Source of the DNA: Lama glama
Lineage: Eukaryota
DNA length: 64,000 nt
Reading direction: 5' to 3'
Assembly: GCA_028534125.1 (NCBI GenBank)
Contig: CM052817.1
Location: 73,224,001 to 73,288,000 of the forward strand
In this document: positions 51,566 to 64,000 of the stretch, in pieces
Layout: each line of letters opens with the position of its first letter
Numbering within the stretch: position 1 is the first letter of the stretch
The notes under the pieces: generated by a model
What the model was told of the DNA's origin: nothing
Database searches by the model: none
Seen by the model: only the letters and a program-made list of their open reading frames with translations
Made by a program: the position numbers and the translations under genes

Positions 51566-52450
51566 TGTTTTGATTTTTTTTTTAAAAACCTATCAAGTGC
51601 TACTATGTACCTGGCATATTGCTTTAAATGTATCAAGTAAAGACAGAGATTGATTTGTCTTTTTACAGAAGCACGTATGCCTGAGTCCTGAGTAAAAATT
51701 TTAAGTATGGGAAGAGAATGAGCCCACAGAAAATACTTAGAAGTGGTCAGTAAATAACATCAGGAGAGTGTGTTGTCACAGAAATCTAATGAACAAGAGG
51801 TGTTATGAAAAATTGAGGAAAAAGGATGTTAAATAAGGTCATGAGAACTGATAAGAGAACAATAAAATTTGGCAGATGGAGATAATCAATGGTGGGAAAA
51901 GAAACCCACAGAGAAGGATCACCACACCTAGTAGAGTCAAAGATTATCCTAGTAAATAATTCTCCCAAGGGTGACAGAATCATATGATAAAATAACAGAT
52001 TCAAGGAAAATCCAAAAATAGAAGAGAATTCTATACATAATTTCAGAAACTGGCAGCTCTTCTAAAATGGTATGTCAATTCTATATGTACCATTTCACTG
52101 TGAGCATTACAGTATTAGAAATATATTTTAACAGGTTGTTTTTTTCTGTATAGCTAAACTCTTACTATCTACAAAGAAAAAATGTGCCAAAATTCCTGAA
52201 AAGCTTCTAAAGAAAGAAAATCTAATTCAAAAACAAACAAAAAAATCAATACATATGAAATAGTATTAACTGAAATTTTATAATTCAAGTTAATCATTGT
52301 GATGTGGGAATCATTTGACAACTTCTGTTTTCACATCATGTCAGTTTATGGACATATCTAAGATTTTATCATCCACAGAGTTTTTTTAATATTCAGTCAA
52401 AAGGCAAGAACCCAATTCTTGGGCTCTGCAGTCAACTGCTTTGCACTTAC

Positions 52451-52531
52451 TTTGTTTCCTAAGTGAGTGATCTTTAGAATTCCGTCTTGCCACACTTTTG
52501 ACTTCTTCATCTTTTGATGAGTATATAGTAC
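52451..52531 (-). CDS. ZGRF1: ZGRF1 exon ~3 (VLYTHQKMKKSKVWQDGILKITHLGNK), DUF2439-like
   Basis: AATAAG|GTA acceptor, AAA|GTAAGT donor; YT..K.KK.K.W.DG signature. Confidence 0.95.
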
Positions 52532-52819
52532 CTTATTTCCAAAAGTACAAAGGAAAGAAATGGTTTCCATTTATAGGTATTAAATGTTACATATTTTTAT
52601 ACTCTTCCTACATATAAAACATATTTAAGATCTCTTTTATCAAAATAAAAGCACAGATATCATAACAGTAACCACAAAACATCAATGGGGAAAAAAAAAC
52701 AGGTAGTAAAAGGCAAGGGAAGGGGAAAAGAGAGGTAAAACCTAAGGAAGAAACTGAAAAGTTAACTGACAAACAAAATAATTTTGAGCTTCCTAGTCAT
52801 TGGTGGGATGGGAAAAACT

Positions 52820-53347
52820 GTACAGTTCTCAAGGTCCAGGAGTCCAGAGACTCCCAGAGGTGTCCCACTCAAGAGTTTTTTCAGAGTTCTGTGAATTCAA
52901 AACTATTTTCATGATGTTATTTGCCTTTTAATCTCAGTTCCTTGGTCATGCTTGGTGGAGGCTCCCATGGTTAAACATGTGCAATACTGCAAGATTCAAT
53001 TTCAGATTAAATGCAGAAGCAGATCGGAGAATCTAGCTGTCTTCTATTAAGTCAAATGTCAAAGAGATTTGGCAAAAATGTACAGCAATGCTACTCTTTA
53101 CAATATGCTTTTTTCTGTTACTATTTTTGAACAATAAACTTTTCATTACAAAATATAATTTATGTTAAATATAATGGGTTTACTATTTTTTAGTGAATTA
53201 ATAAACATTTTTAAAACTTTCATTATAATTTCTAATATGAAAGACAGCAATAGATATAGCCCCATAATCAAAAATTCTTTGGGATCCTCAATAATTTTAA
53301 TTTAAGAGTATGAAAGGGTCCTAAGATCAAACAGGGTAAGGACCACT
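52820..53347. mobile_element. hAT-Charlie-type DNA transposon relic
   Basis: CAAAACTATTTTCAT...AATGCAGAAGCAGATCGGAGAATCTAGCTGTCTTCTATTAAG...AAAGAGATTTGGCAAAAATGTA. Confidence 0.6.
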
Positions 53348-53456
53348 AATCTAGATAGAAGAGGCATGCCAGTTCTTCAAGAGAAAGAAGTCCCAAGCTT
53401 CCAAAGAATTTGTTCCAAAGGACTTTGTATAACCAAGATGAAAGCAGGCAAAATAT

Positions 53457-53605
53457 AGGGTTGCCACATAGAACATAGGACAATATTTGAGACATACACA
53501 GTTATACTAAAAAATTACTCACTGTTTATCTGACATTCAAGTTTAACTGAGTGTCCTGCTTTTAAGTTTTGGGTTTTTTGTTTTGTTTTGTTTTGCTAAA
53601 TCTAG
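53457..53605. mobile_element. MER53-like MITE
   Basis: AGGGTTGCCA...TTATACTAAAAAATTACTCACTGTTTATCTGACATTCAAGTTTAACTG...TTGCTAAATCT. Confidence 0.7.
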
Positions 53606-53671
53606 AAAAGTATTTGTGAATTGTGGAAGGAAGAAAGAAAAAAGGAAATAGTGAAAACTGGTAAGACTTAC

Positions 53672-53692
53672 AATAAATTCTTGGCATTCCAT
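53672..53692 (-). CDS. ZGRF1: ZGRF1 start-codon exon 2, coding part MECQEFI (whole exon 53672-53761)
   Basis: Strong Kozak ACAATGG; ATT|GTAAGT donor; TTTTAG acceptor at 53762-53763. Confidence 0.9.
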
Positions 53693-54369
53693 TGTTCCTT
53701 CTGAAATTATATATAGTCAGATCCAGAAAATTATCAGTGGTTATTCAACTATTTATACCACCTAAAATCAAAAATGACAAAGAATATTCAATCCTAATGA
53801 AAAGATTAAATATCAAATACAATTTTTCCCCACAAACTCTTGACCAGAGTGTAAACACAAGGTAAACACAGGTGTAATCAAATTATCTGTTTCTGAGGAC
53901 ACAATAGAATAGTTGACACCACACTGTGGGAAAAGAATTTGTCAAGTAAAGAGAAAAGTACAATATATAAAATAATTAGCAGACTGCAAACCCTTTGTTC
54001 AGAAGCCATAATATGTATCAGAAAATAAGATTTCTCCCCTCTTCCCCCTTGCTTGGTTCCTTACAGAAACAGCTTCACTTTTAAACATTTTTATGAATTG
54101 CTTCAGTCACCACAAGATGGCCCACTTGCATTTCAAATTTTTCCTTTTACATCATGAAGTTAACATAACACAGTATCTAAGACCAAATATACACTATAAT
54201 ATCTCTCCAAGGAAAAACCTTTTCAATATCATTGCAGTGAGTACTGTAGTTATCTTACGCTATTGGATAAAATTGTTATTGTAGGCAAATTTGGAAATCT
54301 AAAATCACTGACAGTGAATTGAAAAATGGAGATGCCAAAGAAAATTATTATTTTTTCCCCCTAAACTAC

Positions 54370-54540
54370 TGCCCTTGATCCCTGGGACAACAGCATTAGC
54401 ATCAGCTGGGAACTAGTTAGAAATTCAAATTCTTGGGTCCCAACCCTGACCTACTAAATCAGAAAATCTGGGGTTGGGTCCCAGCAGCCTATGATTTACC
54501 AAGTCCTGCAAGTTATAGTGATACATGCTCAAGTTTGAAA
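54370..54540. mobile_element. MER5A-like DNA transposon relic
   Basis: CAGCATTAGCATCAGCTGGGAACTAGTTAGAAATTCAAATTCTTGGGTCCCAACCCTGACCTACTAAATCAGAAA. Confidence 0.8.
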
Positions 54541-56762
54541 TCTGGGGTGGGTAGGGGGGGAGGTGTGCAAGGGTGTCAATAAAGCTATAATTTGTAATTC
54601 TGGGTTAAATTTCTCCTTTATACATATAAAACATAAAAATAGGCCACCTACATATTATTTGTAAATTACATATATTTAGTACTTACTGTCTGTAGACATT
54701 GTGTTAGGCTGAGATACTAAAATGAACAAAATACTGTTCCTTGTCTCAAGGAATTTTCAGTAGAGTAGGGTGATAAACAGTAATTGCAATAAAATATGGC
54801 AAGAGGGGTACCCAACGTGGTCTAGGCCATCAAGCTAGGCTTCCTGAAAGCCATATCTAAGCTGTTAATTGAAATAACCATTAATCAAGGAAAAATGCCA
54901 GGGAAGATATTTCCAGATAGGAATTAACATGTACAAAGGCCTGTGGAAAAGAGCAAGGCATAATTAAGGAACTCTAAGGAGTACAATCAAGTTTAAGATA
55001 GTGAGTTGTGAGAGGTAAGACTGAAAACACGAGCAATAACAGGACTCAGAGGGACTTCTCTTTTATGCTAAGTCATTTGGACTTTCTATAAATACAGTAT
55101 GAAGCTAAGGCAGGATTTTAAGAATAAGATTATACAATCTGACATGGGTTTTACAGAGATTGCTCTGGCTGCTGAATGGAGACAGGAGAGGGAAAGGGGG
55201 AGGCAAGTAAGATATGAATACTTGTCCCACGACAAAGTTCACAGGTAGGGACACTGCCTTTTAGAAATATAACACCCATATCCTGTATCCCTCCCCTCCA
55301 GCCCACAGGATTGCTAGATGTCTAATGAACCCCAAGAAGATAACAGAGAGGTCCAGGAAAACATACCACTCACTGCTGCTTTTACAGCAACTTGCTTCTG
55401 GCCACTGAATGGGTTAGATATTCTATATATGTAGATGAGACTACATGGTGTTAACACAGTGCTTGGCATGTGGCAATTATTAGCAGATCTCTTTAATAAA
55501 AGCTATTACTTCTTCAGTGCAATTATACACTAGACACTATTAAAATGTTTTCAATGTTCACTCCTTATGATATAGATACTATTTTTTATATTCAATTTAC
55601 AAAAAAGGAAACTGAGGTGCATAATAGGTAAATTTGCCTGAGATTATAGAGTAAATAAATGACAGATTCAGAATTCAAAACTAAGCAGTCTAAATTCTGT
55701 GCTTATATTCACAAAAACTACATTATGTGACTATTGAATACCTACTGTGTCAGGCAAAAATTGGAGTAGATCTTTTACATATAATATTTATCAGCTTCAT
55801 AATCCTAAAAAGTAGTTATTACCATCACAATTTACAGATCAGGAATCCAGTATTTACTAATTTAGAATCACTTAGATGCTATTTAGGAACTGCAAAATAA
55901 ATTCCATTGTTTTCCTAAGTCAGAAATATTACTTGTAGTATTTACAATTTAAAAGGAACTGAGAAGGTCCAAACTCTCATAACTGGTAAATTAGACTGCA
56001 ACATTAAACCTCAAAAGAAAAGGCTAACTGGATCTTAAAATATTTAGACAAGCCCTTATTCCCAAAGGAGAGTCAACACCCTTTTCTTAACCACTGAACA
56101 GAAAAAAATGTTTTTAGCATCATATATTTAAGTGAGGTGCAAAGATAAAAAGCTTTCTGAAAGTCTTAATCTATCCACATCTGTAAAAATTTATGTGTTG
56201 ATCCACCGCTAACGAGTAAAAGCTTAATGTGCATATTAAGTCTTTGGCGTGGAGACCCCAGATGTTCTTTAATAATTACATACATACAGAAATACATACG
56301 TATCTTCACACAAATACATACACATACATTATTGTGTTTTATACACTTGTGTATAAAATTCAGTGTTATCACTAAAATATGAGCTATTATTCTGCTAAGT
56401 ACTACGAGATGTTTTTGGTCCTCCTGTTTTGGAACAAGAAGGATCTTTCGAATCCCTAAATGGTTCAGACTTAAAAGCTTAAGAGTCACTAACCCCAAAG
56501 CCTGTTAAGAAACCATCCAGTCCAACTAATTAACCAAAAGAAGCCCACATCTTATTTGCCTACATTCTAATTACCATGATTCTGTGTAACCAAATGACAA
56601 TGGAGAATTGACTCTGTCAGTCCTAAAAACAAACAGCAAAACTAGCTCTGGTTTGCACACGGGAATTGCAAAGCTGGGGAAGGCGGTGAAGACGAGACGC
56701 CAATAATCACAGGGAGTCGGAGCAAGCTGTGACCGAATCGGGGTTCCACACAGCACCCTTAC

Positions 56763-56850
56763 CGGTCCTCTTCTGAGGGAGCAAATTCCTTTGTCGCGTC
56801 ACGCCAAATCGGCGACACCGCTTCTAGCCCAAACCCCTAGCCTATCCACC
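56763..56850 (-). other. ZGRF1: ZGRF1 non-coding exon 1 (5' end approximate)
   Basis: Minus-strand donor CCG|GTAAGG at 56763/56762 at the edge of the CpG island. Confidence 0.65.
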
Positions 56851-57184
56851 CTCTCCACGGAAACCCCGGGAAAAAGCTCACTTCACCCGTCCATTACACA
56901 AAATTCACCCTCGAATTTCTCCCGCGAAGTCTGCGACGTCATCGAATCGCGACCACACCAGATCAAGACCAAACATTTAGCCCGCCCGCCAAGGCCCCGG
57001 CCGGAACTGCCGTTTCTAAACCGCCAATCAAATTCCTCACTGGCTGCGAGCTTCCTGCGCGGCGGCGTTCTCCGATGCCCCGCCCCACACTCCGAGCCAG
57101 CCCACTCCCGTGACGTAAACGACGGACGCACAGCCTCTGGGCGTTCCTTTCCGAGGCGTATCGGAGAGCGGTGTCGCTCATCCT

Positions 57185-57276
57185 ATGACGCGGAAACAAC
57201 GACGACTATAAGGATCAGGAGACGGGAAGCACTGAAGGACGCAGTCTCTGGCCCTGTATTTTGGGAATTGAACGGA
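57185..57276 (+). other. LARP7: LARP7 non-coding exon 1 (5' end approximate)
   Basis: Donor GGA|GTAAGT at 57276/57277 in the CpG island. Confidence 0.65.
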
Positions 57277-60109
57277 GTAAGTTCCAAGTGGACTGTACGG
57301 TCGCCCAGGTTGGGTGAGGTCTAAATTCCTCTCAGTCCTTTTTCATGTAGTCCATTCTATCATCCGTCGTCCCTCTCACCCCGTCCCCTCCCACGAACCC
57401 ATCAGTTCGCTGGTCCTAGTTCTCTGTGCGCAAGCGCAAAAGTCCTCTGGCAGCCCTTGTAGTTCCAATTGTCAGTGATTGGGGGCGCGTGTTGTCCGGT
57501 ATTGTAAGGTTTGGGGCCGGTCCCGCTTTTGGCGGCTTCCGCGCGGAAGGACGGGTACCGAGAGGGGCACTAGTCAAAGGGGAAAATGCTTTACTTGGGA
57601 AATTTTTGAGTTTTGGTGGCCAAAGGATAGCTTATGTGAGGACTTGTATTTTAAAATTAAGTCATTTTCTTTTTTCAGGACTTTAGTCCTTGTCATTCAA
57701 AGAGTTGAAAATTCAATTATGGGAGGAAGCTAGCGAAAAATAAGCATTAGACACCGTATACTGAATGCGTTAATAGACCTACTTAAGGGAAAACGGATGG
57801 GGAGGCAGTTGATGAGGGGAGATGTGATAGTGGAAAGCTACAGAGTAAGATGCCTTTTAACCTGGGTTTTGAAAATTGAATAGGGGTTTATAAGGCAGGT
57901 AAGACGAGAAGACTCACTTAAAGCAAAGGCGCAGAGACAGGAAAGTGTTTGGGTACCGCAGAATAGTCAACTGTGACTGGAACAATGGTTCTTAACCTTT
58001 TGGGAACACCATTTCCTTTTAAAACATGAAAAGCTATGGATGAAACTCCAGGAAAATGCATGCACATGTTAAAACATTTTGCTATAATTTTTTTTGAAAA
58101 ATTGTGAAAGACGTTGAAATGGCCAAGAAAAAATATATACTGGATGTCTTATCTAGCTTACTCTCCCAGATTATCTCAGACTTCCACTGTCTTGAGCTAT
58201 TTTACAAATGTGGAAGTTGTAGAAAACAATAATAATGGAAACTAATCTTGCAATTATTGCCCAGATTGTAATTGCATCTATTAACAAATTTATTTCAACA
58301 TTCCTGATTGCTTGTATTTGTGTGTGTCTAGTTTTTGAATTCTTCTTTGAAGTGGTTTTTAACGCTTAGTTCCCTGGTTAATTGCTTAAATTAAAATCTT
58401 CGACGTGTTCATTTTATATTTGTACAAAAGTCATGGTTTTATCTTTCCTTAAAATTTATCTTTTAAAAATTTCATGGAATTCACAAGAATTCTTAAAACC
58501 CACCCCAAATTCCATGGGCTTCAGCTTAAGAATTCCTGAGTCAGAACATAGACTGCATGGTGACAGGTTGCAGGAGATTTTACTAAAAGATGGTCAATGT
58601 GGGAGTCAAACATACCTGAACTTACTTACCCAGCTAGCTTTAGACAAGCCACTTAACCTTTGAGCCTTTGTTAAAAGAAACAACCTAGAAGGATTTTGAG
58701 GATTTAAAACAATGTATGTAAAGTAACTGGCATTGTTACACGGTTAACTTTTATTTTTTGTTTAAAGCTCCTGAAGCCAGTGGTTCGTTTAACAATTTTT
58801 TTTAAAAAAACAGATGTTATGTTACAAAAAAGGAATTTCTAACGTTGAAAGTTTTGACATCAGAGTCACAAAATTTTGTGTTTTAGACAGGTTACACAGC
58901 TTATGTGAAGGATGGGTGATTTCTAGAACAGTTTATAAACTATTTCCATATTATAGTGACTGTAGTTGTGGAAAACACTGGGTAGAGATAAGAGTCATTC
59001 CAAAGTTTGAAATGATAGGACTTAATGACAGATTGGTAAATGATAAAATGATAAATAATAATGGTTATGTATTATTGAGTGTGTGCTATATAACAGGAAT
59101 GAAAATTGTTTTATATACATTATTTTGATTAATTCTTAAAACAATTCTATTATGTGGGTATAATTTCTGTTCGTATTTTATAGACCATGGAAAGATGAAG
59201 TAACTTGTTCAAAATCCATACAGCTAGTAAATAGCTTGATTCGTTAACTAAGTGGAATATGTCAGCCTTGATAAAATGAGCATGATGAGTAGAACAGACA
59301 TGGGTAAGAAAGATAATGAGTTTGATTTGGAGCGTATGGATTGACAACACACATTTATTATCATGGGACACTGAGAAAGTAAACCTTGAAGATCAAAATT
59401 GTAACAAAAGTACTGCCATACAACTTCCTGATTTCCCTCAACCATTGTGTGGGGAAGCAGATTTGTACCATGGCTTGTTATTTGCTGCTTAATCCATATC
59501 TTACTCTAAAATGATTATCTACAGAATATATTTTTAAGATCAAAAATTGCAGAAAAGTTATTATTCAAACTCGACAAGGTGTTCTGAACTTAATTCTCCA
59601 ATCCACAGAAAATCCTTAGAAGGAAAGAAGGAGAGTATCTGAGATATGAGAATAATGAGAAACGTCTGACATCTGGGAGACTTGGGACTTTCTGTGCTTA
59701 TGCAGTTCTGTCCACTATTTCCTTAAATAGTGGCTTTGACAGTGAAAAGAATTAAAGAGCTGGTAGTCTGCCCTTTATAATTTGTAGTTTTTCCAGAAGG
59801 GAAGGGTAGCGGTGGATCCTGCTGTAGTGACAGTCATAGCCTACATTTGTAGTTTGTAATTCTGTAGTCCTACCCCTTTACAAAATAACTTGAAATGCTT
59901 AACACTTTTCAGTTTATTAGATCCTTTTAGATATATTATGTAACTATTCAATATATGCTGAATTTGTGGTCACCCTGAAGTCCTACCTTCATAGTGTTTA
60001 TATTCTAGTGGGACAGACCATAAAACTATAATTCCAGGTGGGATAAAAGGACACAAGTATAGGAAGTGGGGACCCAGAGGGCAGGGAGGGTTAAGGTTGA
60101 GGGAGGGAA

Positions 60110-60254
60110 TTTTATTTTTATTTATTTATTTGGGATGGGTAATTAGGTTTATTTATTTTTTTATTTAGTTTTTCAATAGAGGTACTGGGGATTTAACTCA
60201 GGACCTCATGCATGCTAAGCATGTGCTCTACCGCTTGAGCTGTACCCTACCCCC
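60110..60254 (-). mobile_element. Vic-type SINE
   Basis: Reverse tRNA-like body (AGAGGTACTGGGGATTTAACTCAGGACCTCATGCATGCTAAGCATGTGCTCTACC) with T-rich tail. Confidence 0.88.
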
Positions 60255-60289
60255 AACTCCGTGGGTGAAAGAGAAAGCCTAATTTTGAG

Positions 60290-61400
60290 AAAGCGGCATT
60301 TGTAGAGACCTGACTGAACAGAAGGTTATCCCTACCAGTGTGGCAGGCAGGCTAGAGAGCAGCAAGACCAAAAGTCTTGAGATGGAAATGGCCTTAGCAT
60401 GTTTAAGGAACAGAAGGATGGTGTGCTGTGGTTGGAATGAGCACTCTGGAAGAAATTGTGAGTGATGAAGTTAGAGCAAGAGCCCCAGGCCAGATCGAAT
60501 AGGGCCTATTGGCCATAGTAAGGATTTTGGATTTTATTCTGAGTATAATAAGAAAACCATGGAGGGTTTTGTTCAAGAGATTGACATGATTTTAGTTGCA
60601 CATTTGAATGATCATTCTGGCTGTTATCTGGAGAACTGATGATAATGGAAGAGGAGTAGAAGCAGGCAAATGTTAGGATGCCTTTGCATAAGTCCAGGCA
60701 AGGCACTGTGGTAGCTTGCAACTGGGGTTGCAATGGAAGAAATGACAAGTATTCATATTCAGGATATATTTTGTAAAGGTAGAGTTGACCAAAATGCTAA
60801 TGAATTGGCTGTGGGGTGTAAGGAAAGAAGAATTAAGGAGGATTTCATTATTTTTTACCCTGCCAACAATTTTGTCACTGGTGTTTTCTGAGATGGGGAA
60901 AACTAGACAAAAAATAGGTTTGTTAAAACTTGAGAGTTCAATTTTTGCCATTTAAGTTTAAGATACACTTTTTTTTCCTAAGGGGAAGAGGTAACTAGGT
61001 TTATTTAAGCTTGAGATATACTTTAGGATAAACAAGTGAAGACATCAAATGGGTAGTTGAATGTTGGAATGGGGAGCTAAATGGGAGAGGTTAGGGCTGG
61101 AGAATATTATCAGCATAGAGCCAGGGAGCTTAAAGCCAGAGACCCTCAGAAAGGATGCTTGTTCAGATAAGAAGGGAACCCAGGAGAGACCCAGGAGAGA
61201 GAAAAAAAGGGAGCCCAGGACTGAATTCAGCCCTAGGCAGTAGGTAAAGGGAGAGCAGAGTGGGAGGGTCCAGAAAAGGGAACTGAGAAGGAAGAAAACT
61301 CTCCAGGAAGCCAAATGAGGAAAATGTTCATTGAGGGAGTTACCACCTGTGAATGGTGCTCAGAGGTCAAGCAGACAGTGGAGATCATTGTTTTCATTTT
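60290..61400 (-). mobile_element. L2 LINE relic
   Basis: GGCCATAGTAAGGATTTTGGATTTTATTCTGAGT...GATCATTCTGGCTG...CAGGATATATTTTGTAAAGGTAGAG. Confidence 0.8.
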
Positions 61401-63075
61401 CATTAGCATGATGGGAAGTGAGAGCGTGAGGTGCGGAATGTGGTTATGTAGCACTAAATCACACCTGATTGTTTTTAATAATTAATTCTGACAAGTACCT
61501 CCATCTTATGAGTTAGGCTGGCATCATCTAAATACTTCATGACTTGTATATTTTTAAAATTGGTGCTTGGCTGATTGACAAAAGCCTGTTTCTAAAATAC
61601 CAAAATATTCTGTTAATTTTGGTGAGAATTCATGTTTAGTTGGAGATTTGAAATGTATTTAGTGGCTTCGTACCCTCTTAATGGATGTCATTTTGAAACA
61701 CGTTATTCTGTTTCTGTCTGCAGCCGATTCTCGCTGACAGACTTAGGAGACACAAATAGGCTTTAATCTAATATTTTCACTGAATTTTTTAGAGTACAAA
61801 GCAGAAGATACAGTGAGGACAGAATCTCCATCTGATCTGGAGGCCCAGCCCCAGCAATGAACCCAAATCTACTGCTTTTTTCACCCTTTATCTGCAACAG
61901 ACATGTATGGCTTCCACAGATAAAGGCAAAGGTGTTTTGAATCACCTTAATATGTAAAAGCTTTAGCCCCTTTTGCCCACCAACCTATTATGTCATTCTG
62001 GTCACAGGCCTAAAGGCCTGCATACCAACTTATAGCAGCTCCATCCCCAGTGCATCAGAGACAAATAAAAGTCTCTCCACTTGGCTTAACTGTTTCTAAG
62101 AAAACCATGTTACAGAAGACGGAGGTTTATTCTTAGGCAAGCCTGCACTGCATTATCATCCCAGGCCTGAGGTTAAGGTTTCCCTCATATACATTTTTGT
62201 GTATGTACCTTTAGGGATTCAGTTAAGATGACACAACAAATTCAACAATTCTTTTGAGTAGATATGTATCAGGGACTAAGGATGCATCACTAAGGAAAAC
62301 GGACAAAAATCTGATTTCATCAGTCTTATTTTCTAGGAAGGATGAATAAACATTTTATAGTAATCTTAGAAGGTTAAGTGCAATGCAGAAAAATAAGGCA
62401 GGGGAGATAAGAGTTATATCTGTCTAGAAATGATTTTAAGACTTCAGCAAGCAAGGGAGCAAGCGATGTTATCTAGGGGTTCAAAAGCCCTCAGCTGAGT
62501 TTGCCAGCCGAGTTTTACCCACAGCTAGAAGACCAGTATGGCTAGAGCTGAGGGAGCATGCAAAGTAACTTGAACAAGGAGATTGAAAATTGCTGTCCAA
62601 GAAATAAACACAGACAGGAAGTTCATCTTAAAAAGATGGATTCTGCAACTGACCACTAGTAAACAGAAATTAACATTTTAAAAAAGAATCAACTTTATTT
62701 TTATTTCATTGGAGGTTTTATTTTAAAATATGAATAACTTTGTGATTTGGTGAAATCTCTTCCTTAATTTTATACCTTGACTTGACTGACAGGTGTAGCT
62801 TGGTGAGATATAAATGTAGACAAATTATACCAAAATAATCTGACCCTGCAGTTTTAAGACATTAAGGACAAGTTGTAAATTATGATACACAAAATAGGTT
62901 ATTTCATTAAAAAAATAAAAAGCAAAGGGCCAAATGAGAACTGAATGATTAAAAAGAGGCCAATGAAAGTTTCCTTGGCTGATTAGCAAAAATCTCTCTG
63001 GCAGCCAAACTTGAGTCTGCCTACTTCAAACAAGGGCCTATTTTTTTATATTACTAATTATCTGTAGTGATTTAA

Positions 63076-63393
<318 letters not shown>

Positions 63394-63713
63394 TGATATA
63401 TACACAAATAACAGTTTATACAGTGTATTTTTATAATGTAATGTGTATAATAATTTTGCCTAATAAACTAAGTGTAGCTCACTTCTTAAAATTGACCTCT
63501 AGCAATTTAAAAGCAGTTTTTCCCCAAATCATTCAAAAAATACACTTTAATAAAATGTTTATACCATGTATATTTGAGAATGGGTAGGCATGTGCAGAAT
63601 TCGGACATTTTAACTAGTCCGAATCCCAAAACACCTTTGACTCGTGGGGGGGTGTCAAATTTGTCTTAAGATTTAATTAAAATGAATTTAATTACATTAA
63701 CTTATAGCCATGA

Positions 63714-63938
<225 letters not shown>

Positions 63939-63971
63939 TAGTGTATTAACCTTAAATATCCTGTTTTAAAG

Positions 63972-64000
63972 CTGGATTTAGAAGGCACCAGAATCAGGAG
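63972..64000 (+). CDS. LARP7: LARP7 exon 4, partial (LDLEGTRIR...)
   Basis: TTTTAAAG acceptor; in phase; runs off the window. Confidence 0.9.

Larger units (their letters stand above)
56680..57570. promoter_or_regulatory. CpG island, bidirectional promoter for ZGRF1 (-) and LARP7 (+)
   Basis: High CpG density between two divergent first-exon donors; CCAAT 57024-57028; GC boxes 56980 and 57078; ETS-like CCGGAAC 57001; CRE-like GACGTCA 56935 and TGACGTAA 57111; E2F-like 56801-56808 and 56920-56928; NRF1-like TGCGCAAGCGCA 57427-57438. Confidence 0.9.

Noticed and set aside
953..53692. Trans-splicing or pseudogenisation of ZGRF1
   Set aside because: The orientation switch falls at an assembly gap and the core exons have intact frames, so misassembly is more parsimonious
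56791..57324. 177-aa + strand ORF and overlapping - strand ORFs in the promoter
   Set aside because: Expected stop-codon depletion in a CpG island; non-ATG start; no recognisable domain
61700..61960. Good + strand acceptor (TTTCTGTCTGCAG at ~61723) in LARP7 intron 1
   Set aside because: No convincing donor or reading frame; cannot be supported from sequence alone

Overview
Mammalian genomic DNA, most likely a camelid (inferred from Vic-type tRNA-derived SINEs and the camelid-style L1 3' ends). The window covers the ZGRF1 (C4orf21; GRF zinc finger plus SF1 Upf1/Dna2-like helicase) and LARP7 head-to-head locus, which share a CpG-island bidirectional promoter at about 56.7-57.6 kb. The main anomaly is that ZGRF1 is split into oppositely oriented halves. 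Exons 1-16 (numbered from my recollection of the human gene) run on the - strand from about 56.8 kb down to 21.5 kb, while helicase exons 19-28 run on the + strand from 0.95 to 14.7 kb. The orientation switch coincides with a 500-N scaffold gap flanked by two mismatched L1 halves, and exons 17-18 are absent from the window. An inverted contig (assembly error) is the most likely cause; an L1-mediated inversion is the alternative. Other observations: two additional in-frame exons and several decayed exon-like segments in ZGRF1 introns 9-11, apparent donor-site shifts at exons 6 and 11, a probable C-terminal frameshift, and clusters of short templated duplications. LARP7 exons 1-4 (La motif) are on the + strand at the right end. 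No prokaryote-type systems (CRISPR etc.) are present. Repeat family names and comparisons to human protein sequences are from memory, not from searches.
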